Positions 27,718 to 39,600 of a DNA stretch of 64,000 bases are shown piece after piece. Below the pieces are notes generated by a model. It saw only the letters and a program-made list of their open reading frames with translations. It was not told the origin of the DNA and did no database searches. The first letter of the stretch is position 1. Every line of letters starts with the position of its first letter. The translations under genes and the position numbers were made by a program. This DNA comes from an uncultured virus (IMG/VR IMGVR_UViG_3300032180_000385) (lineage: Duplodnaviria; Heunggongvirae; Uroviricota; Caudoviricetes). Location of the stretch: positions 1-64,000 of IMG/VR virus record IMGVR_UViG_3300032180_000385; one strand, written 5' to 3'.

Positions 27718-29205
27718 TTAGAATTTTTCAGGATACATACTGGAAACCAGTGAAGCCATGTCCATCCGAACTCCAGCGAACGGCGTAATTGTTGCCGTAT
27801 CCGTATCATTATCGAATTCATAAGAGCCAACGAGGAAAGTGATGGGGCCGGGGGTTACCTCGCCGCCAAGGCTCGCGTCGGTGCAGATCAGCTGGGCTAC
27901 TTCCCCCGCGTGCTCGCAGCCGAGATCAACCGGAACGCCACCCGGATTCAGGTACTGTCCCGGCCCGACGGTGAACGGCCCCGCCCAGTTGGCCCTTATA
28001 TAACGAGACAGTATATTATTCCCGATCGCCTGCGCCTGCGTGGCTGTAAGCGTGCCAGCCGAGGTAATGTCCTGGTAATATTCCAGCACCCCGTGTTTCT
28101 GCGCTGATGCTGTATTCTGCACGGTAGTCGTCGTAAATGTCGCGAGAACTTCTGCTACGAGCACCGCTCCGCTAGGCCCGGTTACTGCGGGGATATCCGG
28201 GGTCTCCTGATAACGCAGCACCAGGGTATTAATGTCCAGCGCGATGGTGCGCGCGACGGGCGTGGTGGCAACCAGCATGCGGGTGGGCTTCCCGTTCGGA
28301 TTGCCTGCCGCGTCGGTGGGATACGGGAAGACCCGCAACTGCCACGGACCGCTCGGCAATGTTGACCCCTGGCCTTCTTGCACATCCCAGAGCAAACTAC
28401 CGCCCGTGCAAATCAAAGTGAGATAATCCGTAATGGTCTGGCTACCGGAATCCTGCTCTTGAAGAAGATAAACACCAGCCGGAGTGCCAATGCCGTGATT
28501 TACCCAGCGGAGTCCTCGGGTGATCGCTTCGTTGACATGGTCGTCGGGGTTACCCCACGTGGTGTACATGCTGGCGAAGTTCGTGCCAAGGGTGCCAGCT
28601 CCGTGTGCTGTGCAAGTCCAGCCGGCCGACGTGGGCTGCGGCTCGTCGAGGATGCCCTCCCATACGCATCCGGCACCGCGGAAGATCTGTATCACCCGTC
28701 CGGGATCAAGGGCATCGGTACGGGTTTCCGGTGGGATCTGCAATGTCCAGCTGGCCGCGTCCGGGCCACCAGGGCAGGTGAAAGAGTACTTGAGGCCACC
28801 GACGTGACCGATCGCGCCCAGCCAGCGGGGGTTTTTTGGCCGGGGCAGGATGTTTATCTCATCGGTCGCCACGGGCGTGACCGCAGGCAGCGGCGTGAAC
28901 GATATTGTGTAGTTCGCTCCCGCACCTGGTGTTACCGTGCTGACCCGGAACACTGTCGGCTCTTTCAGCGATCCGCCTCCCGTTTGAAGCTGAAAAGCAT
29001 CACCGGGCTGCGGAACATACCCGAAAAGCGTTCCCGTTACAAACGGCTGAACAACCACATAGGGAAGATAAAGACCTCCTGACTGTGAAGTCCCGGCCGA
29101 CGTGATGGCGATAACGGTGCTCAGGCTCGGGCTTGTCGGCGAATAAGCCGGCCAAGCGGGTGCAAGGGAACATATCTGCGAACGACTTCGTGACTCCAAT
29201 GGCAT
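27718..29205 (-). CDS. minor tail protein (hub-like)
   Basis: synteny; LKYSFTCPGG, VWEGIL. Confidence 0.7.
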   Translation of the reverse strand: MPLESRSRSQICSLAPAWPAYSPTSPSLSTVIAITSAGTSQSGGLYLPYVVVQPFVTGTLFGYVPQPGDAFQLQTGGGSLKEPTVFRVSTVTPGAGANYTISFTPLPAVTPVATDEINILPRPKNPRWLGAIGHVGGLKYSFTCPGGPDAASWTLQIPPETRTDALDPGRVIQIFRGAGCVWEGILDEPQPTSAGWTCTAHGAGTLGTNFASMYTTWGNPDDHVNEAITRGLRWVNHGIGTPAGVYLLQEQDSGSQTITDYLTLICTGGSLLWDVQEGQGSTLPSGPWQLRVFPYPTDAAGNPNGKPTRMLVATTPVARTIALDINTLVLRYQETPDIPAVTGPSGAVLVAEVLATFTTTTVQNTASAQKHGVLEYYQDITSAGTLTATQAQAIGNNILSRYIRANWAGPFTVGPGQYLNPGGVPVDLGCEHAGEVAQLICTDASLGGEVTPGPITFLVGSYEFDNDTDTATITPFAGVRMDMASLVSSMYPEKF

Positions 29206-29546
29206 TAGCTAATCACCCATCTTCCGTTTATTAGCTGACCATGATCACCGCAATGACAGAGCAGCGATGGTGAAAGTGTCAGTGGTTCCCAGGACAGTAC
29301 CTGCCAGAACGGGCCTCCTAGAAGCTGTCGTTGCACCGGGCCGTCAAAGGTAATCGATCCTTCGCAGAATCCGTTCTTCTGGCAGAACTCGTTACCGTCA
29401 TCCGGACGCAAATCATGTCCGACTATTGCCCCCCATTTTTCTACATCCGGAAATTTCGCGTACTGCGGGTTCAGCTTCCGGTCCGGTCCCCATGAGGTAA
29501 AATGGAGCCAGTGGGCGCTGCCGAGATCAAGCCGTGGGCTAGTCAT
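29205..29546 (-). CDS. small Cys/His protein (DUF6527-like)
   Basis: PLTLSPSLLCHCGDHG...GRW. Confidence 0.6.
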   Translation of the reverse strand: MTSPRLDLGSAHWLHFTSWGPDRKLNPQYAKFPDVEKWGAIVGHDLRPDDGNEFCQKNGFCEGSITFDGPVQRQLLGGPFWQVLSWEPLTLSPSLLCHCGDHGQLINGRWVIS

Positions 29547-32500
29547 AAGACGAGACGCTCCAAGAACCAACGATTCACAAAAGTTACACCGAGCGAGGGT
29601 GCCCCGGAGGGACTGTACGCGAACAACAGGTTGTCGGTTTTGTTCTGTCCGCCATCCAGGTAGAAGGGACCACCACTGGGGATTGCCGAATCGAGTACGC
29701 TGACGGCCTGGCTCCTGTCCAGGTCGCTGCCCAGGATCCGGCCGAGGTCTCTGTCAGTTGACGGCTCGTCGATGTAGAAGTTGGTGTACACTCCGCCAGA
29801 CGGGATATTAACGATAACGGTCTGTCCCTGAGTGTCGATAAACAGCACGTCAAGGAACTGATCTTCCAAATCAGTATCGGTGATGGACACCGTAAAGTAT
29901 CCCGACGTGTTACTGAAATCGATATCCTTGACGGGCAGTGTCATCTCACCCATCATCACGATTCCATTCACGATATCAGTGGCTGGCGTAAAGGTACGAT
30001 TAATCGTAGTCTGAAAAGGTGCCTTCGACTTCCCAAGGTACTCATACTGGTTGACAGTAATGGTCATTCGCCGTGATGCGGTGGGGTTGTCCCAGTTGTA
30101 CGCTACGGCTATTACACTGTACGTACCGTCGAATAGAGCATTCTGACCTGCTATGAGGGTCGGAACTTTATATTCAATGCCCGTGGGGAGGTCTGCAGTG
30201 TTCAAGATTGGCACACAGGGGTTAAGTGACGGCGGAGCATTATGCCCGGGTCGGTGTACGATGAGGGTGCCGAATGGTGCGAGTGGCGGAGTATGCGTCA
30301 GGGTGATAGAACCTTGCCCGCCGAGACCGCCCGCGACGGCATTACCGGAAGAGTAATCCGCACCGCCTCCGCCACCGCCGGGTGCTGAACCAGATAGGCC
30401 CACTGTATTCGCGACGGTTGCGCCATTCCCGCCCTTGCCACCACCTTTTACTGCGGGTGCGCCGGTTCCGCCTGACGCTCCGGCCGTCCCCGCAGTGCCT
30501 GTCGCTGCAGATCCGCCAGAGCCGCCGCCGCCACCACCATTCGTGCCGCCGAGGCCGCCCGCGCCGCCATCGTGATGTGTGGTGGCCGAGCTTCCGGTAC
30601 CACCAAGACCACCCGTCGTGCTGTTCAGCAAAGTTGCCTTGCCGCCGTGCGCGGTCACCGTGACGCCAGCCGTGCCGGAGGCCCCAGTCCAGCCCGGATA
30701 GGTCCCGAAGGTAGTACTTCCGCCGTCTACCGGGCTCCCGGATGCCACCGTATAGGTGAGCACGATCTGCCCGGTACTACCATTCGCACCAGGGTTGTTC
30801 ACGCCAGTGTTAGGATTGGTGTAACCGCCGCCCCCGCCTCCGCCAGGCGCCCCGCCAGCTGTCGGCCAGCCGGGCGAACTCGCGCCATTGCCGCCCGCAC
30901 CGCCGCCAGTCACCGCAGTAGCGCCCGTGCCACCAGTCATGCCCGACGCGTTGTTACCGGTGTTCCCGCCGGCCGCGCTCCCGCCAGACCCGCCGCCGCC
31001 GCCGGCGCCGTAAGAGGGAGATGTTCCGCCGGCACCGCCGTCGTGATGCGTTGTGTTTGCGCTGCCTGTACCGCCCACGCCACCGAGAGTGCCGCCGGGC
31101 TTCTCGGTCAGTCCGCCGTTCGCGGTCACGGTCTGATGCGCGGTGGCGGGCGTATCGCCAGCGAACGTAGTGGTGCCGCCAACAGCGCCCTGGAAGCCAG
31201 CGAGACCCCAGTTACCACCCAGCCCGCCCACGCCAACGGTAAACGGATAAGAGGTTCCCGGTGTAACGGCTACGGCTGGTTCCGCCGCGTATTCTCCGCC
31301 TCCGCCGCCACCGCCGCCCGCCGCTCCGCCCGACCCGCCGCCCCAGCATTCAGCTTTAACCGCGGTCACCCCGGCGGGGCAGGTCCACGACCCGTTACCT
31401 GCCTGATTGAAGGTCACTACAACCGGGGCTGCACCGGACTGGCCGCCCGTCCCGCATGCGTAAGGCACCGGGGTACCCGCTGCGACGGTCAGCACCTGTG
31501 AGGCGTACTCGCCGCCGCCTCCACCGCCACCGAGACCTGCTGTTGACCTGGCACCGCCGGATCCGCCAGCGCCCACGCATTCAGCCGTTACCGATGTTAC
31601 TCCGTTAGGCGGCCACCACAGGCCGGTGCTGCCGGTTAGCGTCTGGGTAATGACTGCCTGACTGGGCAGCTGGAACTGAGCCGAGAACGGGGTTCGGGCA
31701 GTACCGGGTACGCCCATAATATTGTAGTTAACACCGCGCACCGAGGCCGGAGTCGAGATCGACGGCGGATTGGCCACGATATTATCGAGCCAGGCGTTCA
31801 TCAGTCGCCACTCGGACCAGCCGCCGCTAACCCGATGGTTGGAGATCACGAGTTTGTAGGCTGTTATCCCGTTATAATTGAATCCGGCAGTTCCCTGCGG
31901 AATAGCCGCAGTCAGCCGAGTCCATTTAGGAGCTTCTGAACTGACAGACCAGGGCGTTTTCTTTCCGGTGACGTGAAAGGACAGTGTATGGCCACTGTTG
32001 TCAGTGAGCGTCCAGTTTAGTGTTACGTCAGAAGCGAACGGCACCCACGGCTTCCCGTGCGGCGCATCAAAACTCTGCCCGAACCAGACGGACAGCGCGG
32101 TCAGGCCAGCGATGCTCAGCGACAACCCGGTTCTGGTATATACGGCGGTTACGTTCGCGTTCGCAGACGGCTGGGTGTACCGCGCTGAATGCGGTCCGAC
32201 GACGAACTGCGTTGCCGACTGCGTCCAATTGGTACCGGAGACCGATGAGAAATTGTCGAGCGTGACGGCAGGCGGCGGAGCGGACTGGCCGGTCAGCGGG
32301 GAAGCAAAGTTAACGGTAGTCTGTCCTGCTGGATCGGTCCGCCCGTAGGGCAGCGCCTGGAAGCTCAGCGTGATCCCGGCGATGGGCGTAACTGCTTCCG
32401 GCGCGAATCCGTAACTGTTAACCGTCGGCAGCGCCCGGAAACAATCAAAAACCTGCGTGAGCCCGGTGCTCGCCGGAGTCCAGGATAGCGTCCAGGTTTG

Positions 32501-32845
32501 CGCGTCTACCGTCGCCATCAATAGTTCTTTTGCCGCAGCAAGAGTTACGTAATCAGGCGCACGGATAATAATCGGCAGCGTGATCGTCCGGTTGCTGGCC
32601 CGGTAACCGAAAGGACGCTCGCCATCCAGCAGCAGGCTCTGGACTAGGTCAGTAGTCGGCTGTGGTGTCCCCAGGTCATAGTTAGCAGGAGCGCCTACCG
32701 TTGTGCCCCCGCCGGCCGGATTGTACAGCCGGAAGGTAGCACCAACACCATTGGCATTCATTAGCTCTGGTATGTCACTTTGAACAGGTGTATTCCCGCC
32801 AAGCAACTCAAACAAATCAGCAATTACAAGCGAGTCACTTGACAT
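29543..32845 (-). CDS. distal-tail-like minor tail protein with Gly-rich domains
   Basis: first structural gene after the tape measure; NRTITLPI; two PxGVT.V.AEC.G.GG Gly-rich modules. Confidence 0.75.
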   Translation of the reverse strand: MSSDSLVIADLFELLGGNTPVQSDIPELMNANGVGATFRLYNPAGGGTTVGAPANYDLGTPQPTTDLVQSLLLDGERPFGYRASNRTITLPIIIRAPDYVTLAAAKELLMATVDAQTWTLSWTPASTGLTQVFDCFRALPTVNSYGFAPEAVTPIAGITLSFQALPYGRTDPAGQTTVNFASPLTGQSAPPPAVTLDNFSSVSGTNWTQSATQFVVGPHSARYTQPSANANVTAVYTRTGLSLSIAGLTALSVWFGQSFDAPHGKPWVPFASDVTLNWTLTDNSGHTLSFHVTGKKTPWSVSSEAPKWTRLTAAIPQGTAGFNYNGITAYKLVISNHRVSGGWSEWRLMNAWLDNIVANPPSISTPASVRGVNYNIMGVPGTARTPFSAQFQLPSQAVITQTLTGSTGLWWPPNGVTSVTAECVGAGGSGGARSTAGLGGGGGGGEYASQVLTVAAGTPVPYACGTGGQSGAAPVVVTFNQAGNGSWTCPAGVTAVKAECWGGGSGGAAGGGGGGGGEYAAEPAVAVTPGTSYPFTVGVGGLGGNWGLAGFQGAVGGTTTFAGDTPATAHQTVTANGGLTEKPGGTLGGVGGTGSANTTHHDGGAGGTSPSYGAGGGGGSGGSAAGGNTGNNASGMTGGTGATAVTGGGAGGNGASSPGWPTAGGAPGGGGGGGYTNPNTGVNNPGANGSTGQIVLTYTVASGSPVDGGSTTFGTYPGWTGASGTAGVTVTAHGGKATLLNSTTGGLGGTGSSATTHHDGGAGGLGGTNGGGGGGSGGSAATGTAGTAGASGGTGAPAVKGGGKGGNGATVANTVGLSGSAPGGGGGGADYSSGNAVAGGLGGQGSITLTHTPPLAPFGTLIVHRPGHNAPPSLNPCVPILNTADLPTGIEYKVPTLIAGQNALFDGTYSVIAVAYNWDNPTASRRMTITVNQYEYLGKSKAPFQTTINRTFTPATDIVNGIVMMGEMTLPVKDIDFSNTSGYFTVSITDTDLEDQFLDVLFIDTQGQTVIVNIPSGGVYTNFYIDEPSTDRDLGRILGSDLDRSQAVSVLDSAIPSGGPFYLDGGQNKTDNLLFAYSPSGAPSLGVTFVNRWFLERLVL

Positions 32846-32873
32846 CGCAACCAGCTCCTAGCATCATGGAATC

Positions 32874-33620
32874 ATGAGTGAATCGAAGGAGCGCTGGCTC
32901 CCTGTTCCAAGGTACGAAGGCCTGTATGAGGTATCCGATCTCGGCCAAGTTCGCAGTCTTGATCGTTACATACGAGGAAAGTACGGATCTCGTTTCCTTC
33001 GCGGACGAGTTCTTCACCCAGGTTCCCCTCGAAATGCGCGTCGAACTGTATCGCTGTGCCGCGATGGTGAACGTGAGACTCGTCTCGTAGGTAATCTGGT
33101 CCTGGAGGCATTCGTCAGCCCGCGCCCCGTAGGACAGGTAATACGCCATGGCCGGGCTGGAGGCGGTGCGCTTAATGACAGCCTGGATAATCTTGAATGG
33201 GGTACCCCAGAAGAGAACATGGGAGCGGACTGCCTTCGTGACGGCACAGATCGCAGGGGTGAAAAATGTGGAATGGCAAAGCTGACTGCAGCTATCGTCA
33301 CGGAGATGCGCATCAGGTACCTGGCTGGAGAAACAGTAACTTCTCTCGCAGCAGAATTCGGAGTTAGCGAATCGACGGCAAGTAATGCGATAACCGGAAA
33401 GAGATGGAGCTGGCTGCCCGGTGCTGTGCCGATTGACAATAAACGTCGTGGAAAACAAGGAGAAAATCATCACGCTGCAAAGCTTACGGCCGAGATAGTC
33501 CGGGAATGCAGAATTCGTTACGCAGCAGGCGAAACTACATACGCACTTGCCGAAGAGTTCGGAGTAAAACAGCCAACCATGCAAAAGGCCATCTCGGGTA
33601 AAACCTGGAAGAACATTTAG
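32874..33620 (+). CDS. NUMOD4-HNH homing endonuclease with two HTH repeats
   Basis: ERWLPVPRYEGLYEVSDLGQVRS, LVLEAFV, NLEWGTPEEN, AKLT...LAAEFGVS twice. Confidence 0.88.
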   Translation: MSESKERWLPVPRYEGLYEVSDLGQVRSLDRYIRGKYGSRFLRGRVLHPGSPRNARRTVSLCRDGERETRLVGNLVLEAFVSPRPVGQVIRHGRAGGGALNDSLDNLEWGTPEENMGADCLRDGTDRRGEKCGMAKLTAAIVTEMRIRYLAGETVTSLAAEFGVSESTASNAITGKRWSWLPGAVPIDNKRRGKQGENHHAAKLTAEIVRECRIRYAAGETTYALAEEFGVKQPTMQKAISGKTWKNI

Positions 33621-33654
33621 CCCCGCGATCACCAAACTGTCCGCAGTCATTTAA

Positions 33655-36600
33655 TTACCACCCGCCATAATTTCCGCGGCTTGCCGCCCGATGTGCCGAT
33701 CCGGTGAGCGCTTGGCTGAAGGCCGGTCCCTGCCGGTTGACCGCCGCCGTGTTCGCGTCCATCGACGCCCGCAGGGCACGCATCTCGTTGAGACTTTCCC
33801 GCTCGTAGGCAGTCATTCCGTCAGGAGAAACCGGCCGCGACGATCTGCTGTCACCGTGCCCTCGTGGCGAGATCCAGCCGCTGCGGCTCGGGGTGAGCAT
33901 TTCCGGAGCGCCGGTCTGGTTGTTGATCAGGTTCAGGCCTGGCTGGACGAGACCGCCCTGGTCGAAACGACGGCCGTGCTCGTCTATCCCGTGAATGCCG
34001 GTTGCCTTGCCTGCCAGCTTCAGCGCCTTCGTCTGTCCCTTGTCCATGAGGAACTGCTGCACGGCAAGCTGAGCGGCATCGTAGTTAGCTTGCATGCCCG
34101 CGTACAGCCCGCCATTCTGAGTCGCGGACTTGCCCACCCAGGAGGCGGGGTTGAAGACGTTCGCCACCATCAGGTCGCCGAGTTCCGGCTGCATCGCCCA
34201 GCCGAGCGGCGTAACCGAGCCCGGTCCGGAGATCAGGTATTTTAGCATCGGGTTGGTGGTCAGCGCCCGGACGAGCTGCAGCACGGGCGTGTTCGCCGTC
34301 GGCAGCTGCAACCCAGCACCGCCGGGCAGGGCACCGAGCTTCTGCTCCAGCCCCCGCAGGACCCCTTGGTCACCGGTCACCCTGTTTCCGGCATTGAGGT
34401 AGGCCCGGAGCGCCCGCTGGTAATGCCAGTTGTCGGTTTTCCACTTTTTCGAACCCTTTCTGTCATGCCCCAGGATCCGCTGGTCTGTTTCTGCCACACC
34501 GTAAGCGATGTTCGCTGCCTTCTCCGCGGCGGCGATCTTCTTCTCTTCTGAGGAGATCTGCCGGACCAGAGCGGCCCGCTCCTGCTCGGGAATGGCGGCG
34601 AGAACCGCCTCACGGTGCTTAATCGCCAGCTGGTCTTTCCCGATCGCGAATTCGGCACCCTTGTAAAGCTTGCTGTCCCGGAAGTACCCGGCGTCGTCGT
34701 GGTGCTTGCTGTCGTTGGCCATCCCGGCGGCGGCTTTCGCTGCGGCTGCCTGATCGCGAGTCAGTTTCGCCAGCAGTCCCCGCAGGTACCTGTCGTTGCC
34801 CGGGTTCTGCTGGTACTGCGCCACCTGTTTCGCCGCAGCATTGTAAGCAGCCTGGTCGCCCTTCTCAACCTGCCCGGCATGGAACAGCGCGGCCTGCGCC
34901 TTCTGGTAATTTTTCAGCTCGAGACGGTAAGCCGGGCTGGTCTTGCTGCCCTTGAACCGAGATAGGGTGCCGCCGAGCGACTCCACATTAGCCAGCGCCG
35001 CCGCAACGGCGTCTTTTGCATGCGTCAGGGCCAGGTCGTCGCGCTGGACGGTCTGCTGCGCCTTCTGCAACGGAGTTAGCGCCATCCACGCCTTGTATGC
35101 CTTGATGTTCGCCTGCTCGGTCGCGGCGGCAAACAGCGCGTTCTGCGCCTTGACGCTGTCAGCGGAGTACGCGCCGGTCAGCCCGTGCGCCAAGTCGTAA
35201 TTCATCTTATTGCCGTAGCGAGTCTCGGCGCGCTGGTCAGCTGCCAGCGCGGCTTCCATCCCGGCTAGGGTCTGCTTCGGGGTTTTCGGCTTCGGTTTCT
35301 GGCCTGGTTTTCTGTTCCGCTGATGCCCCCCGTGGCCGCCGCTCATGCCGGGGATGCCCAGCCGCTCGCCAACCGTGAGAAGGTTCGGGTTCCCGCCAAT
35401 CACCGAGCGGTTGGCGTCCCAGATCTCCGCCCAGTCACCCGCGTTACCGAGGAACCGCGCCGCGATGCCAGAGAGCGTGTCACCCGCCTTCACGTTATAG
35501 ACTAGGCCACCCTTACTCTTCATGAAACTAGCCGCGAGTGATAGTCCGGTAGAGTGCACGTCATTAATGCCATACCGTTCGACACCCTTACCCCAAAGAT
35601 TAGCTGCCTCTAGTACTGACGTTGTTGATTTCATCTGACTGATAACTCCCTGATCGCCAGATGAATTGACGAATTCTATAATGGCGGGAAGCTGCGTTTT
35701 CATTCCGCCCTTAAAGGCAGCATCAGAGATAGTACCCGCCGGCGTCCAGCCAATGAGCCCTCGTCCGCCAGTGCCAGCAGCAAACGGGTTCCAGTTCGAC
35801 TCTCCCCAAATTGATGCCGTAGCGCCAGCAGCAGCGAACTTTTGTCCGCCGAACAAATTTGTCAGCAGATAGTTATACAGCTCCCTGCCGTTAGCCATTT
35901 CCGAGCCAGTAGCACCGCCCGCCGGGCCGGTCCCAACTCCGCCTGCCAGCGCCGACGCTCCGGCCTTCGCGATGTGCGCAACCGCCTCTTGCGCTAGCTT
36001 GGGCGGCATGCCGCTCAGAATCCCGGCCAGGTTGCGCGTGCCGGTACCTTTCGCCGGATTACCGGTACCTTTCAGCAGGTCAACGACGGCCTTCGCGTTT
36101 CCGGCACTCGTTTGCAGCAGCAGATCGGTACCGACAGCGGAGAGCTTGCCCAGCGCGGAGGGATCCGGCCCGGTCGGAACGGTACTCACGCCGCCGCTGG
36201 CCGCGACGGACCCGCCCATGTTCGTTGGAGTCTGCTTCGTGCCCAGGCTCTTTAGAAATGACCAGAACTCTGCGCCCCCTGCGGTCAGTCCGCCGCCCTG
36301 GGTCAGCGGATGGGTGCCGGAAGGATCAGCAAAGCCAGTTTCTATCGAGCTGCCATTCATCACGCCGATAACCTGACCGGCAGTGAGGCTTCCGCCTACT
36401 TTGAGACCGGGTACCAGCGGAACACCTTCAGCAAGATAAACAACACTGCCAGCCTTAGGACCGTCATTCAGACGGTAGGTGAAGAAGGTGCCCGGACTTG
36501 GTCCAGCGGGCGGACCCCAGCCGCCTTCTGATGTGCGGAGAATAGTTCCGTTACCAATAGCGAGCACCGGACCTGCACCGGTGAAGTCGACTCCTTGGTC

Positions 36601-39600
36601 AATCCTTGAACTTCCGGCACTTGAGGGAATCGGGTTAACATAGCCACCACCGACCACACCGCCCTTGGCGAACCCCGGAACGCCCATCGCCTTCAGCGCG
36701 CTTGCGTGCTTCCGGACGGTCATCTTGTCAACGACGGCTTCGCCGGGCTCGAGAAGCGCGGGTACGGAGTCGCCGCCGCCGAAGCCGTCGAGTCGGCCAC
36801 CGCGGGCCATCGTAGCAATCTTCGGGATGCTGCCCGAGACGCTTGCCCACGAGCCAATCGAGTTGATGCCAGTCACCAGGTTGTTCAGCCCGCCGATCGA
36901 CGTGTTAACGGGAGGCTTGATGACACTGGTCAGGCGCCCCCAGGCCCCGCCGACGTTGCTGACTCCGGTGGCGAATGCCTGCGGCACCTGGCTCGTGTAG
37001 ATGGTGGTCATGGTGCTCAGGAACGGGCTCTTCTGCCAGGCGAGGTGACCGGTCATGATGCCGCGCACCGGCGTGTCGTACTGCGTCGAAGACGTTTTCG
37101 CTGATGCGTTGTAGACGCCCGGTATCGCCTGGGTGTACAGGTTGCTGATACCGGTGCCGAAGGTGCCCTGCTGCCAGTTCAGGTGCTGAGCCATCGTTGT
37201 GCGGACCGGCTTGTCATACCTGGACGAGGCAGCCTGCGCGCTGTTGTCGTAGACCGCTGGCAGCGCCTTGGTGTAGAGCTTGTCCATAGCGGTGCCGAAC
37301 GTATTCTGCTGCCAGCCGAGATGACCGGTCAGCGTCTTCTGCACTGGCTTGGCAAACTTATCGCGAGTGCTTGCGGCTGACTTGTCGAGGCTGGCGGGGA
37401 GATCCTTGGTGAACACCCTGCTCAGTCCGTTACTGAACTGTCCCCTGACAAAACCTAGCGCGTCATTCAGGTTCTTTTTCACGGACTTGCCGAGCTTGCC
37501 CGTGCCCCCGTCACCGAGTTCGGCATGCTTAGCGCTACCACCACCGGTGCTTGTCAGCGTAATTGCATGCGCGGGATGACCCGCTCCGCCGCCACCAACC
37601 GATCCGCCGGTCGCATACTTGTTGAGCCCGTCCAGGAATCCCGGTCCGTACATCTTCTTCAGGTGCGCGGCAGCGGTCTTGGTGAGCACGAACTCGCCGG
37701 GGGTGAGCATGGCCGGAACGGTATCACCGTGTCCGGTGCCGCCGATGTGACCGCCCTTAGCGTGACCCGGCAGGCCGTACATCAACGCATTGAGTCCCGC
37801 CGCGCCAAGCTTTCCGAGGTGCATGGTATCCGGAACGAGGGTGATCGGGATCCTGAGGGGAGGTGGCTGCTGCACCGTTGGCTTGATGGGCGGCGGCTGC
37901 TGCACCTGCGGCTTGATCAGCGTTGAGTTGATAATGGCGATTTGGTTACTGTTCAACCCGAGATGATGTAGTAGGGCATCAACTTGTCCGGGATCACTGC
38001 CAGGCTTGATCTTCAGCTTATTAACGTCCGCTATCTGCGTGGAATTCAGCCCGATAAGTCCCAGCATTTTGTTCACGTCACGCGGATCACTGCCGGGGTG
38101 AATCTTCAGCGCGTTTACTTCGTTGATCTTATGCTGGTTCAACTTGAGCCCTTGCAGAAGACCGGTAAGTCCCGCCCGCGCAATAGCCGAGCTGAGCTTG
38201 ACAGATGGCGGAACCGCATGAATCTTTCCGGTAAGATCCTTTACACTGGCTGTGGCTTGATTAATCGGGACGTGCGCGTCTGTCAGGATTTTGATGAGCT
38301 TTCGCTGATTAGTGCCAATCGCGGTCTTGTTGTTACTAGCAACAGCCTGCGTCAGGTTATCAATGACAGCTTTCGCCTTTGGCGTCGTGGCGACCATGTC
38401 CTTGGTGTACTCAACCGCCTGTGCTTGAGAATGCTGCTGGTCCTGGATGACACCTGTGTACTTAGAAACCGACGCGGTCGCCTGCGCCTGAGTAGAAAGC
38501 CCGTCCTTCACGAGTGAATTGGCCAGCGCTGTCCGGTCAGCAACTAGCTTCTGTGCGGAAGCGTTGTTGTTCAGGTCCCGCGTGTAGGTGACAAGCGCCC
38601 TGCCGATGTCCGGTGGCGTGCCCGTCGTGCCCGGCTTGGTGATGTCGGCGTACCCCGCAGCAAGATTGACCGGACTCCTGCCCCCGCCCGGTGGCGTGCT
38701 GTACATGTCCCCCTTCGGACCTCGTGCGGGGACATAACCCGCCGGTGATGTGAATCCAGGATGAGGAGGCTGATCAACCGCAGGACGGCCCCGGCTGTCA
38801 GTCGGCGGAACATAACCGCCTCGGGTCACGTGCCCCGGCTGATTAGGCTTCGGTGGCGCTGGCTTGGGCGTCGTCGCAGTAGTGATTGTTGCTGCAGCCG
38901 TTGTCGCCGCTCCCGTCGTTATCCCCGCCGCAGTTGTCGCCGCCCCCGTTGTCGTGCCCGCTGCAGTCGTTGCTGCTCCCGTAAGTGCCGCTCCTGCCTT
39001 ATTCGCCGCCGTATTTACCGCAGATACTCCGGCATTGTTCAGCCTGTTCTGAGCATTTTGGGCAGCAGCCTGAGCGTTCGCGGCAGCAAGAAGCTGCGCC
39101 TGGGTAGCCTTGTGCTGGCCGTACACCTTGTTCAGGTTCGTCATCTGAGCGACAGCCCCGGCCTGAGCATTATTCAGGGTCTTGTGTGCGGCGGCGAGCT
39201 GCGCGGAGGTAGCCGTACCGCTGGCCAGAAGTTTGTTCAGGTTCAGCTGGGCCGCAGCCGCCGACGCGTTGGCTCCCGTCAGGCCGCTCTGTGCTGCTTT
39301 TTTCTGCGCTGTTGTTGCCGGTCCCTGTGCCATCAAAGCGGTCAGCTTGTTCGTCGCCGCAGTTAGCTTGTTCTGCGCGTAAATCCCCGCGAGGATGGAG
39401 GCCCCGGTGACCAGTGGAGTGCCGCTCGCGCCCGTAGCCGCAGGAGAGACTGCCTTCGCCGCCTTCGCAGGAGAGACGCCCGCTTTTTTCTGCGCTGCCG
39501 CGATTGAAGCAGGTGTAGCACTGTACGTCCCCGCCGGAACTGTAACTCCCGGCGCACCGAACTGATCGAAAACCGAACCGCCAGCTGCGAACTTATTCAT

